A stretch of DNA of 64,000 bases from Eutreptiella sp. 'Long Island Sound 2002' (taxonomy: Eukaryota > Protista > Euglenida): NCBI GenBank assembly GCA_964036045.1, contig OZ038378.1:3162001-3226000 (forward strand), given 5' to 3'. Below are positions 47,996-60,912 of the stretch, in pieces. The stretch's first letter is position 1, and the number at the start of each line of letters is the position of its first letter. Below the pieces are notes generated by a model. It was not told the DNA's origin. It did no database searches and was given only the letters and a program-made list of their open reading frames with translations. The translations under genes and the position numbers were made by a program.

Positions 47996-50383
47996 GGCAG
48001 CCACTTCCGATGTTGTGTCCTTGGGAGGGAGGGAGGGTGGGTGGCTCCGTAGCCCAAGCTTTTCACCATTGGACGACTCCTTTCTTGTTTTGTTGGGTGA
48101 GTGGTTACTTGTATGCCATCTTTTTGCATTCAACGGTCCCAGCACATGTAGAGGATGGTGCTTTTCTGCCTTACCCTTACCCGTGGGAAGTTTGGGGTGA
48201 TGTTCATGCAGGGTAGAGAAGAGCACACCGGTCCATGTCCGTGAAAAGATAAGACCCGGTTTATGGGGCAAAAGTAGATCCTCATGCTGTACATGAGCAG
48301 ATGATGTACGTGAGCAGCAACCCATGAGATGTAGCAAATGTGAGGTGAGTAAAAGGAGAAAACCCCCTCCCCCCCATATCCCCCACCGGCGCCTTGTGGG
48401 CCCCCGAGGAGGCGGGGGTGAAGTAGCCAATTTTGATTTTGTCCCCCTTGTTGGGGACCCCGAGAATGCAAGGATTACATAGCAATTCCACCCTCTTGTG
48501 GGCCCCCGAGAAGCAGGGGTTAGGTAGCCACTATGCCCACACGTGGGCCATTTCTGATTTTGTCCCCGTGCGGAGCATTGGGAGCCATTGATTTCTCCCC
48601 AGTAGCGGGGGCCACTTTTTAAATGCAACCGTCAGCCCGCGGACAAGGGGCCCCTGGCGCGGGCCGCCAATTGCGAAGCGAAACGACTACGTCACAGACC
48701 TTGGCACCCGGTGACGTAGGGGGGTAGGGGGTAGGAAGTAGTATTGGGGCTCTGCTACTTCTGACCGAGGGAGTAACGCCCCTCCTCCTTAACCACAGTA
48801 GAAGGGTGAGACTTCCCTACCACGCTTCACACGTTGAGTTGGGGCCGTAGTCTTCACATTGATGGAGCGATGGTGTCAAGATCAACGTGTGCTATTTCTC
48901 GGTTATCTGGTTTGTTTCGGGAACAGTCTGCAGTGGTTCTCATGAAAGGCCTCGGTGGGCCGCAACACATATCTCAATATGCACTCTCAGCCGGCTGGGG
49001 TAACCGGGCTTGCAATTGGAGGGGGGGGGTCGATAGAGCCCCCTGGCTAGACCCCTCCCCCCCCAAAAAAGGGCTCAATTAACGGGACCCCCCAAAACCA
49101 CCCCTGGGTCCTTTGTGGTTCAAATGGCGGTGGTATTTGTGTTTAAGGACACTTGGTCCCCGGTCCATTCCGGCTACACATGAAATGTCTGGACTTTTCT
49201 GATCATGATATGTCATCACCAGCGCGAGGCTTGCAGCCTGTTACAATAGCATGCGATAGGCTGCGTGACTCCGAGTCCTCGGAGGACACAGCCTCAACTG
49301 TGAGCTTTCATGGCTCGGACATCAGCGGTGACCAGGAGGAAATCTGGACCCCACTGGCTGAACTACTCTTGATACACCGGTTCAACCAAGACAATGGCGT
49401 CGGCTCAACACCCCGAGTGTCGATGCCAGTTCACGACGACATTTGCACAGTGACAGACTGTTGATTGCCTCAGGCTTTCACACACCACTCTCGGACTTCC
49501 ATTAGGTGTGTGCTCATGGTTGAATATAGGCAAGCAATGCATAGCAGAAGCACACCTGGGTGGCCCTCCATTTTGGAGGCGCTCTCCTCAGTGGCGGCAG
49601 CGTAGCCGGTGGGAGCGGGGACCCGCCTGCACCCTGGTGATGTCGGTGTGTACCGAGAAGTTTTTTGCATTTTCAGGAACTTGTTCAGCTAACCAACCCT
49701 GGTGGTTTTGGACCCAGTTGCTGACATTGTCATCGTAGCACAGCAGATAACACACCTGGCTGGTACCCAGAGACGTGGATTCAATCCCCGTAGAGGCAAC
49801 AACGCCAATGGGAAAAGGGATCCTTTTTTTGCTTTGCACCAATCACAACATATGCAGCCCAGACTTTGGGCCGGTCGTGCTATTTGTACATACACAGTGT
49901 TGCATTAGCAGTCTGGTATCGCTTTCGTGCAGGCTTACCGCACCTTTGCCCCCTCTACCTTCCACAAAATCTCCTGACACTTCCCTTTGTAGTAACATAC
50001 TGACCCCTAAACACTTGGCCACGTAGTGCCAGCACAAGCCACGTGACGAGGATGTAGGTGCTACTGGGCGCCCCACCTGTAGTGTGCGATGGAAACATGG
50101 GCGTGTTGAGCAAAACAGGCCAAAGGTGGATACCATTGAAAGGTTGTTCATACGAAATTAAATGAGTTATCCTTGGAAGAACCGCCGAACATTGCTGCAT
50201 ATGCATACCAGGACATGTCTTTGTGGAGCGCTTTGTGACCTGCTTGTGGCCCAGCACACTCCCATCCTCCACCCCATTTCCTCCACCACATTTTCCCTGC
50301 TGCATCCTGCCCTTCATCCCATATCCACAGCCCTGCCCAATTGCATCCATCATTCTGACCCTTTGACTTCCAGATCTCTCACA

Positions 50384-50719
50384 ATGCCAAAGCAACCCAA
50401 GACTACCCCCAAACACCCTTCGTACTCTGATATGGTTGAGGAGGCCATCGGGGTCATTGCCAAGCCTCTCAAAGGGGCCAAGGGTCAAAGGGGTGCCAGT
50501 CGAGCCAGCATCGTCAAGTACGTGGAGGCCACGTATGGCTTGGAGCGCTTGCGCAAGACCCCCTTTCGCCTGGCACTCAAGAGGCTTGTGACAAGGGGTG
50601 TGCTGACACCGGTCAAGGATAGCTACCTTCTGTCCAAGAGTGCCCAAAAGAAGCCGAAGGTGACCAGGGCCACAAAGCCCAAGGCAAAGGTGGTGCAGAA
50701 GCCGGTGAGCAGGCATTAG
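50384..50719 (+). CDS. Linker histone H1-like protein with winged-helix (H15) globular domain, 111 aa, copy 1
   Basis: HPSYSDMVEEAI...RGASRASIVKYVEATY...FRLALKRLVTRGVLTPVKDSYLL matches the GH1 consensus, followed by a short K/P/A tail. A long pyrimidine tract and AG (50372-50373) precede the ATG. Confidence 0.85.
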   Translation: MPKQPKTTPKHPSYSDMVEEAIGVIAKPLKGAKGQRGASRASIVKYVEATYGLERLRKTPFRLALKRLVTRGVLTPVKDSYLLSKSAQKKPKVTRATKPKAKVVQKPVSRH

Positions 50720-51219
50720 CCTCCCAAGCCCAAGCCTCGGCCCTCAACCGGTTGATTGCCTTGATTCTCAAAGAGCTGCACAGAATGCCAGCGCTCCAAT
50801 CAAGAAGTTTGCTGTGGACGGTGCCGTTGTTATCTGTGCAGAACCGTAAGTGCAGTTATGGATGATGATTGCACCGACCGCACAGCCATAGGCTTGCCCT
50901 TGGTTGCTAATTGCTCCGTGTGTCATATCCTCAACACACCCCTTCTCCCTTCTCTTTATTTCTATGTGTATGTGTGTGTGTGCGTGTTTGAGTGCTGCAG
51001 AGAAGTTGTTATAGCACTTGCGGCATTTCTTGGTTGTGTTGTGCCCCATTGCTATTGTATGAGCGCACACGTTTGGGGGTTTGGATGACGTATATGTGCA
51101 ATTAGGAAGATGCGACCCCCTACGCAGTGCGAACCTCTTATTTTGCCAAACTGAAGCCAACGTGGATCTCCAGCAAAGCCCGGACGCGCACAAACAATCA
51201 CAGCATACACCAGCATCGC

Positions 51220-51310
51220 ACAGCATAGCACAGCACAGCACGGCACAGCACGGCACTGCACGGCACGGCACGGCACGGCACGGCACGGCACGGCACACCA
51301 CAGCGCACCA
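51220..51310. repeat. (GCACG/GCACA)n pentanucleotide microsatellite within the amplicon unit (also at ~55925-56015)
   Basis: Direct reading. Confidence 0.9.
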
Positions 51311-54300
51311 CAGCATCGCACAGCATGGGATACCACAGGCCACCATATCACAGCACTGCACACAACCAGATAATTGGGGACATGCTTCACCAATCTGATC
51401 ATCGTCAACCACTGTGCACACAGCAAATCATTGACCGAATGTCACCAACTCACACCACGGACTCGAAATTGGAACTCTAGGTATTCAAATATGGAGGGCA
51501 CAGATGCCGCAGGGCGAGTGTTTAGTGAGTGGATCCTGCAGGTCTCCTGTTGGTATCCGGAGCCGGCGGCCCCAGGGTTGCCCCCGCTGTGTCTGGCCTC
51601 CCAATTGCTTCGGTCCTCCTTCCTCGTGTCGGCTTTCCCTCACCCAACCCTCCGCCGTGCCGATGACCTCCTCCCCCGTTACCGTACCCCGCGCCCGTGT
51701 TGTGCTTCCCACCTCTGCATCCCCCCCCCCCCCCCCAGCTCCGCTTCCCGGTGCAGCTCCCTCCACTGTGGGCCCGCTCTGTACAATACTTCGTCTCATT
51801 CTTAGTACATGATGCTCCTGATTGCATCCGCCTACGCAACCCCATTTCGACTCTGATCACTCTGCAGTCTTGTTGTGAGGACGACTTTGCATGCACCCTT
51901 TTTGCTGCCAGGCCCCTGCACCAGGGAGAGGGAGATGGGGTGTAGGATGGGTGTCACGACTGCTGCTTTGCCTGAGCTACCTTGAACTTGCATATTGTGC
52001 TTTTGACTGCCCTTTGCCTTTTGTTTCCTGGTTCGGCCATGAATGGGTTTTGAACCGTGTTGACACCCCTGGAAGCGCTTCCCCTCTCGGTACTATAACA
52101 GACCTGTCAAGACGTCTCAGACTACCCCGCCCTGGACTTGGGATACCCACAACCAGACATTTGTGGAGCATGTCCAGCATCGGAGGGCGGGGGTCTAGAC
52201 AAGGGGCAGTCGTGATGGATCGTACACGAACAGGTGGTCAGTCCTCAAGGCTGCGGTGGCTTGAAAATGTGTCCCAAAGTGGCCCACATGAAGTCTTTTT
52301 TCGAAAAATTGTCTCCCCCACAAGACGTTACTTAGATTGGTCAGCACGTCACGGGGATAGCTTAGACCCACATTTGTTGGTGCCTCGACCTTCATTTGCA
52401 GGTACATCCGCAATCTACATCTTCAACCTGTCGGCCGTGCCTCGTCCTCTCTTTGTCGGATACCCCTGACTTAGTTGACGGTTCGGCCAACCTTGAGCCT
52501 TCTTGGCCCTCAGATTTCAGACAGTCTCAACTCATCTCACTTCACTGCTCCTAGCCCTCCTCAGCTGGTCTTGGGGCTTTGTCACTAGAGCCCCCCCCCC
52601 CCCCCGCCCCTTGGGGGGGGTCCAAAAAGTGGGCACTAACAAGCCCCCTTCTCCCAGGCAAGTGAGTTCCATTCGTGCTCACTTTTGCACTATTGTGTCT
52701 GTCCTACTCCTGGGGCGGGTGGATGGGAGGGAGGGAGGGAGGGTGGGTGGCTCCGTAGCCCAAGCTTTTCACCATTGGACGACTCCTTTCTTGTTTTGTT
52801 GGGTGAGTGGTTACTTGTATGCCATCTTTTTGCATTCAACGGTCCCAGCACATGTAGAGGATGGTGCTTTTCTGCCTTACCCTTACCCGTGGGAAGTTTG
52901 GGGTGATGTTCATGCAGGGTAGAGAAGAGCACACCGGTCCATGTCCGTGAAAAGATAAGACCCGGTTTATGGGGCAAAAGTAGATCCTCATGCTGTACAT
53001 GAGCAGATGATGTACGTGAGCAGCAACCCATGAGATGTAGCAAATGTGAGGTGAGTAAAAGGAGAAAACCCCCTCCCCCCCATATCCCCCACCGGCGCCT
53101 TGTGGGCCCCCGAGGAGGCGGGGGTGAAGTAGCCAATTTTGATTTTGTCCCCCTTGTTGGGGACCCCGAGAATGCAAGGATTACATAGCAATTCCACCCT
53201 CTTGTGGGCCCCCGAGAAGCAGGGGTTAGGTAGCCACTATGCCCACACGTGGGCCATTTCTGATTTTGTCCCCGTGCGGAGCATTGGGAGCCATTGATTT
53301 CTCCCCAGTAGCGGGGGCCACTTTTTAAATGCAACCGTCAGCCCGCGGACAAGGGGCCCCTGGCGCGGGCCGCCAATTGCGAAGCGAAACGACTACGTCA
53401 CAGACCTTGGCACCCGGTGACGTAGGGGGGTAGGGGGTAGGAAGTAGTATTGGGGCTCTGCTACTTCTGACCGAGGGAGTAACGCCCCTCCTCCTTAACC
53501 ACAGTAGAAGGGTGAGACTTCCCTACCACGCTTCACACGTTGAGTTGGGGCCGTAGTCTTCACATTGATGGAGCGATGGTGTCAAGATCAACGTGTGCTA
53601 TTTCTCGGTTATCTGGTTTGTTTCGGGAACAGTCTGCAGTGGTTCTCATGAAAGGCCTCGGTGGGCCGCAACACATATCTCAATATGCACTCTCAGCCGG
53701 CTGGGGTAACCGGGCTTGCAATTGGAGGGGGGGGGTCGATAGAGCCCCCTGGCTAGACCCCTCCCCCCCCAAAAAAGGGCTCAATTAACGGGACCCCCCA
53801 AAACCACCCCTGGGTCCTTTGTGGTTCAAATGGCGGTGGTATTTGTGTTTAAGGACACTTGGTCCCCGGTCCATTCCGGCTACACATGAAATGTCTGGAC
53901 TTTTCTGATCATGATATGTCATCACCAGCGCGAGGCTTGCAGCCTGTTACAATAGCATGCGATAGGCTGCGTGACTCCGAGTCCTCGGAGGACACAGCCT
54001 CAACTGTGAGCTTTCATGGCTCGGACATCAGCGGTGACCAGGAGGAAATCTGGACCCCACTGGCTGAACTACTCTTGATACACCGGTTCAACCAAGACAA
54101 TGGCGTCGGCTCAACACCCCGAGTGTCGATGCCAGTTCACGACGACATTTGCACAGTGACAGACTGTTGATTGCCTCAGGCTTTCACACACCACTCTCGG
54201 ACTTCCATTAGGTGTGTGCTCATGGTTGAATATAGGCAAGCAATGCATAGCAGAAGCACACCTGGGTGGCCCTCCATTTTGGAGGCGCTCTCCTCAGTGG

Positions 54301-55089
54301 CGGCAGCGTAGCCGGTGGGAGCGGGGACCCGCCTGCACCCTGGTGATGTCGGTGTGTACCGAGAAGTTTTTTGCATTTTCAGGAACTTGTTCAGCTAACC
54401 AACCCTGGTGGTTTTGGACCCAGTTGCTGACATTGTCATCGTAGCACAGCAGATAACACACCTGGCTGGTACCCAGAGACGTGGATTCAATCCCCGTAGA
54501 GGCAACAACGCCAATGGGAAAAGGGATCCTTTTTTTGCTTTGCACCAATCACAACATATGCAGCCCAGACTTTGGGCCGGTCGTGCTATTTGTACATACA
54601 CAGTGTTGCATTAGCAGTCTGGTATCGCTTTCGTGCAGGCTTACCGCACCTTTGCCCCCTCTACCTTCCACAAAATCTCCTGACACTTCCCTTTGTAGTA
54701 ACATACTGACCCCTAAACACTTGGCCACGTAGTGCCAGCACAAGCCACGTGACGAGGATGTAGGTGCTACTGGGCGCCCCACCTGTAGTGTGCGATGGAA
54801 ACATGGGCGTGTTGAGCAAAACAGGCCAAAGGTGGATACCATTGAAAGGTTGTTCATACGAAATTAAATGAGTTATCCTTGGAAGAACCGCCGAACATTG
54901 CTGCATATGCATACCAGGACATGTCTTTGTGGAGCGCTTTGTGACCTGCTTGTGGCCCAGCACACTCCCATCCTCCACCCCATTTCCTCCACCACATTTT
55001 CCCTGCTGCATCCTGCCCTTCATCCCATATCCACAGCCCTGCCCAATTGCATCCATCATTCTGACCCTTTGACTTCCAGATCTCTCACA

Positions 55090-55425
55090 ATGCCAAAGCA
55101 ACCCAAGACTACCCCCAAACACCCTTCGTACTCTGATATGGTTGAGGAGGCCATCGGGGTCATTGCCAAGCCTCTCAAAGGGGCCAAGGGTCAAAGGGGT
55201 GCCAGTCGAGCCAGCATCGTCAAGTACGTGGAGGCCACGTATGGCTTGGAGCGCTTGCGCAAGACCCCCTTTCGCCTGGCACTCAAGAGGCTTGTGACAA
55301 GGGGTGTGCTGACACCGGTCAAGGATAGCTACCTTCTGTCCAAGAGTGCCCAAAAGAAGCCGAAGGTGACCAGGGCCACAAAGCCCAAGGCAAAGGTGGT
55401 GCAGAAGCCGGTGAGCAGGCATTAG
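55090..55425 (+). CDS. Linker histone H1-like protein, copy 2
   Basis: Identical translation to copy 1. Confidence 0.85.
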   Translation: MPKQPKTTPKHPSYSDMVEEAIGVIAKPLKGAKGQRGASRASIVKYVEATYGLERLRKTPFRLALKRLVTRGVLTPVKDSYLLSKSAQKKPKVTRATKPKAKVVQKPVSRH

Positions 55426-58400
55426 CCTCCCAAGCCCAAGCCTCGGCCCTCAACCGGTTGATTGCCTTGATTCTCAAAGAGCTGCACAGAATGCCAGCGC
55501 TCCAATCAAGAAGTTTGCTGTGGACGGTGCCGTTGTTATCTGTGCAGAACCGTAAGTGCAGTTATGGATGATGATTGCACCGACCGCACAGCCATAGGCT
55601 TGCCCTTGGTTGCTAATTGCTCCGTGTGTCATATCCTCAACACACCCCTTCTCCCTTCTCTTTATTTCTATGTGTATGTGTGTGTGTGCGTGTTTGAGTG
55701 CTGCAGAGAAGTTGTTATAGCACTTGCGGCATTTCTTGGTTGTGTTGTGCCCCATTGCTATTGTATGAGCGCACACGTTTGGGGGTTTGGATGACGTATA
55801 TGTGCAATTAGGAAGATGCGACCCCCTACGCAGTGCGAACCTCTTATTTTGCCAAACTGAAGCCAACGTGGATCTCCAGCAAAGCCCGGACGCGCACAAA
55901 CAATCACAGCATACACCAGCATCGCACAGCATAGCACAGCACAGCACGGCACAGCACGGCACTGCACGGCACGGCACGGCACGGCACGGCACGGCACGGC
56001 ACACCACAGCGCACCACAGCATCGCACAGCATGGGATACCACAGGCCACCATATCACAGCACTGCACACAACCAGATAATTGGGGACATGCTTCACCAAT
56101 CTGATCATCGTCAACCACTGTGCACACAGCAAATCATTGACCGAATGTCACCAACTCACACCACGGACTCGAAATTGGAACTCTAGGTATTCAAATATGG
56201 AGGGCACAGATGCCGCAGGGCGAGTGTTTAGTGAGTGGATCCTGCAGGTCTCCTGTTGGTATCCGGAGCCGGCGGCCCCAGGGTTGCCCCCGCTGTGTCT
56301 GGCCTCCCAATTGCTTCGGTCCTCCTTCCTCGTGTCGGCTTTCCCTCACCCAACCCTCCGCCGTGCCGATGACCTCCTCCCCCGTTACCGTACCCCGCGC
56401 CCGTGTTGTGCTTCCCACCTCTGCATCCCCCCCCCCCCCCCAGCTCCGCTTCCCGGTGCAGCTCCCTCCACTGTGGGCCCGCTCTGTACAATACTTCGTC
56501 TCATTCTTAGTACATGATGCTCCTGATTGCATCCGCCTACGCAACCCCATTTCGACTCTGATCACTCTGCAGTCTTGTTGTGAGGACGACTTTGCATGCA
56601 CCCTTTTTGCTGCCAGGCCCCTGCACCAGGGAGAGGGAGATGGGGTGTAGGATGGGTGTCACGACTGCTGCTTTGCCTGAGCTACCTTGAACTTGCATAT
56701 TGTGCTTTTGACTGCCCTTTGCCTTTTGTTTCCTGGTTCGGCCATGAATGGGTTTTGAACCGTGTTGACACCCCTGGAAGCGCTTCCCCTCTCGGTACTA
56801 TAACAGACCTGTCAAGACGTCTCAGACTACCCCGCCCTGGACTTGGGATACCCACAACCAGACATTTGTGGAGCATGTCCAGCATCGGAGGGCGGGGGTC
56901 TAGACAAGGGGCAGTCGTGATGGATCGTACACGAACAGGTGGTCAGTCCTCAAGGCTGCGGTGGCTTGAAAATGTGTCCCAAAGTGGCCCACATGAAGTC
57001 TTTTTTCGAAAAATTGTCTCCCCCACAAGACGTTACTTAGATTGGTCAGCACGTCACGGGGATAGCTTAGACCCACATTTGTTGGTGCCTCGACCTTCAT
57101 TTGCAGGTACATCCGCAATCTACATCTTCAACCTGTCGGCCGTGCCTCGTCCTCTCTTTGTCGGATACCCCTGACTTAGTTGACGGTTCGGCCAACCTTG
57201 AGCCTTCTTGGCCCTCAGATTTCAGACAGTCTCAACTCATCTCACTTCACTGCTCCTAGCCCTCCTCAGCTGGTCTTGGGGCTTTGTCACTAGAGCCCCC
57301 CCCCCCCCCCCGCCCCTTGGGGGGGGTCCAAAAAGTGGGCACTAACAAGCCCCCTTCTCCCAGGCAAGTGAGTTCCATTCGTGCTCACTTTTGCACTATT
57401 GTGTCTGTCCTACTCCTGGGGCGGGTGGATGGGAGGGAGGGAGGGAGGGTGGGTGGCTCCGTAGCCCAAGCTTTTCACCATTGGACGACTCCTTTCTTGT
57501 TTTGTTGGGTGAGTGGTTACTTGTATGCCATCTTTTTGCATTCAACGGTCCCAGCACATGTAGAGGATGGTGCTTTTCTGCCTTACCCTTACCCGTGGGA
57601 AGTTTGGGGTGATGTTCATGCAGGGTAGAGAAGAGCACACCGGTCCATGTCCGTGAAAAGATAAGACCCGGTTTATGGGGCAAAAGTAGATCCTCATGCT
57701 GTACATGAGCAGATGATGTACGTGAGCAGCAACCCATGAGATGTAGCAAATGTGAGGTGAGTAAAAGGAGAAAACCCCCTCCCCCCCATATCCCCCACCG
57801 GCGCCTTGTGGGCCCCCGAGGAGGCGGGGGTGAAGTAGCCAATTTTGATTTTGTCCCCCTTGTTGGGGACCCCGAGAATGCAAGGATTACATAGCAATTC
57901 CACCCTCTTGTGGGCCCCCGAGAAGCAGGGGTTAGGTAGCCACTATGCCCACACGTGGGCCATTTCTGATTTTGTCCCCGTGCGGAGCATTGGGAGCCAT
58001 TGATTTCTCCCCAGTAGCGGGGGCCACTTTTTAAATGCAACCGTCAGCCCGCGGACAAGGGGCCCCTGGCGCGGGCCGCCAATTGCGAAGCGAAACGACT
58101 ACGTCACAGACCTTGGCACCCGGTGACGTAGGGGGGTAGGGGGTAGGAAGTAGTATTGGGGCTCTGCTACTTCTGACCGAGGGAGTAACGCCCCTCCTCC
58201 TTAACCACAGTAGAAGGGTGAGACTTCCCTACCACGCTTCACACGTTGAGTTGGGGCCGTAGTCTTCACATTGATGGAGCGATGGTGTCAAGATCAACGT
58301 GTGCTATTTCTCGGTTATCTGGTTTGTTTCGGGAACAGTCTGCAGTGGTTCTCATGAAAGGCCTCGGTGGGCCGCAACACATATCTCAATATGCACTCTC

Positions 58401-59795
58401 AGCCGGCTGGGGTAACCGGGCTTGCAATTGGAGGGGGGGGGTCGATAGAGCCCCCTGGCTAGACCCCTCCCCCCCCAAAAAAGGGCTCAATTAACGGGAC
58501 CCCCCAAAACCACCCCTGGGTCCTTTGTGGTTCAAATGGCGGTGGTATTTGTGTTTAAGGACACTTGGTCCCCGGTCCATTCCGGCTACACATGAAATGT
58601 CTGGACTTTTCTGATCATGATATGTCATCACCAGCGCGAGGCTTGCAGCCTGTTACAATAGCATGCGATAGGCTGCGTGACTCCGAGTCCTCGGAGGACA
58701 CAGCCTCAACTGTGAGCTTTCATGGCTCGGACATCAGCGGTGACCAGGAGGAAATCTGGACCCCACTGGCTGAACTACTCTTGATACACCGGTTCAACCA
58801 AGACAATGGCGTCGGCTCAACACCCCGAGTGTCGATGCCAGTTCACGACGACATTTGCACAGTGACAGACTGTTGATTGCCTCAGGCTTTCACACACCAC
58901 TCTCGGACTTCCATTAGGTGTGTGCTCATGGTTGAATATAGGCAAGCAATGCATAGCAGAAGCACACCTGGGTGGCCCTCCATTTTGGAGGCGCTCTCCT
59001 CAGTGGCGGCAGCGTAGCCGGTGGGAGCGGGGACCCGCCTGCACCCTGGTGATGTCGGTGTGTACCGAGAAGTTTTTTGCATTTTCAGGAACTTGTTCAG
59101 CTAACCAACCCTGGTGGTTTTGGACCCAGTTGCTGACATTGTCATCGTAGCACAGCAGATAACACACCTGGCTGGTACCCAGAGACGTGGATTCAATCCC
59201 CGTAGAGGCAACAACGCCAATGGGAAAAGGGATCCTTTTTTTGCTTTGCACCAATCACAACATATGCAGCCCAGACTTTGGGCCGGTCGTGCTATTTGTA
59301 CATACACAGTGTTGCATTAGCAGTCTGGTATCGCTTTCGTGCAGGCTTACCGCACCTTTGCCCCCTCTACCTTCCACAAAATCTCCTGACACTTCCCTTT
59401 GTAGTAACATACTGACCCCTAAACACTTGGCCACGTAGTGCCAGCACAAGCCACGTGACGAGGATGTAGGTGCTACTGGGCGCCCCACCTGTAGTGTGCG
59501 ATGGAAACATGGGCGTGTTGAGCAAAACAGGCCAAAGGTGGATACCATTGAAAGGTTGTTCATACGAAATTAAATGAGTTATCCTTGGAAGAACCGCCGA
59601 ACATTGCTGCATATGCATACCAGGACATGTCTTTGTGGAGCGCTTTGTGACCTGCTTGTGGCCCAGCACACTCCCATCCTCCACCCCATTTCCTCCACCA
59701 CATTTTCCCTGCTGCATCCTGCCCTTCATCCCATATCCACAGCCCTGCCCAATTGCATCCATCATTCTGACCCTTTGACTTCCAGATCTCTCACA

Positions 59796-60131
59796 ATGCC
59801 AAAGCAACCCAAGACTACCCCCAAACACCCTTCGTACTCTGATATGGTTGAGGAGGCCATCGGGGTCATTGCCAAGCCTCTCAAAGGGGCCAAGGGTCAA
59901 AGGGGTGCCAGTCGAGCCAGCATCGTCAAGTACGTGGAGGCCACGTATGGCTTGGAGCGCTTGCGCAAGACCCCCTTTCGCCTGGCACTCAAGAGGCTTG
60001 TGACAAGGGGTGTGCTGACACCGGTCAAGGATAGCTACCTTCTGTCCAAGAGTGCCCAAAAGAAGCCGAAGGTGACCAGGGCCACAAAGCCCAAGGCAAA
60101 GGTGGTGCAGAAGCCGGTGAGCAGGCATTAG
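59796..60131 (+). CDS. Linker histone H1-like protein, copy 3
   Basis: Identical translation to copy 1. Confidence 0.85.
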   Translation: MPKQPKTTPKHPSYSDMVEEAIGVIAKPLKGAKGQRGASRASIVKYVEATYGLERLRKTPFRLALKRLVTRGVLTPVKDSYLLSKSAQKKPKVTRATKPKAKVVQKPVSRH

Positions 60132-60912
60132 CCTCCCAAGCCCAAGCCTCGGCCCTCAACCGGTTGATTGCCTTGATTCTCAAAGAGCTGCACAGAATGC
60201 CAGCGCTCCAATCAAGAAGTTTGCTGTGGACGGTGCCGTTGTTATCTGTGCAGAACCGTAAGTGCAGTTATGGATGATGATTGCACCGACCGCACAGCCA
60301 TAGGCTTGCCCTTGGTTGCTAATTGCTCCGTGTGTCATATCCTCAACACACCCCTTCTCCCTTCTCTTTATTTCTATGTGTATGTGTGTGTGTGCGTGTT
60401 TGAGTGCTGCAGAGAAGTTGTTATAGCACTTGCGGCATTTCTTGGTTGTGTTGTGCCCCATTGCTATTGTATGAGCGCACACGTTTGGGGGTTTGGATGA
60501 CGTATATGTGCAATTAGGAAGATGCGACCCCCTACGCAGTGCGAACCTCTTATTTTGCCAAACTGAAGCCAACGTGGATCTCCAGCAAGACCCCCGAGAA
60601 TGCAGTGGTTCTGTAGCAATTCCGCCCTCTTGTTGTCCCCCGAGAAGGTAGGGGTGACGCAACCCCTTCTGATTTTGTCCCCCTTGTGACCACGACTTTG
60701 CAAGTAACCATGAATTTGCAATTGAAAGTACGGGTTTCTATCGCCTTGGGGGGCCTAAATGTCATCGTTTGAGTGCCCGGGGACCACCACTTTCCAAGTA
60801 CTCATGAATTTGCAATTGAAAGTACAGGTTTCTATGGCCTTGGGGAGCCTAGATGTCAATGGTCACACACATATATATGTGTGTGTGAGCTCGTATCCGT
60901 TGCTTATGGCCC

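Larger units (their letters stand above)
48023..60588. repeat. Tandem amplicon of a 4706-bp unit, ~2.67 copies
   Basis: Equivalent ORFs recur at +4706 (50162/54868/59574; 48130/52836/57542). The only differences I spotted are +/-1 C in two poly-C runs. Confidence 0.95.

Noticed and set aside
50162-50383. 74-aa N-terminal extension of H1 (MSYPWK...)
   Set aside because: It spans the pyrimidine tract and AG acceptor; the ATG at 50384 gives a normal H1 N-terminus.
49955-50716. 253-aa minus-strand ORF in each amplicon unit
   Set aside because: Mostly the antisense shadow of the H1 coding sequence; no recognisable domain.
60700-60860. 94-bp two-copy duplication as a relative of the 92-bp duplication at 7801-7975
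   Set aside because: Similar period but unrelated sequence.
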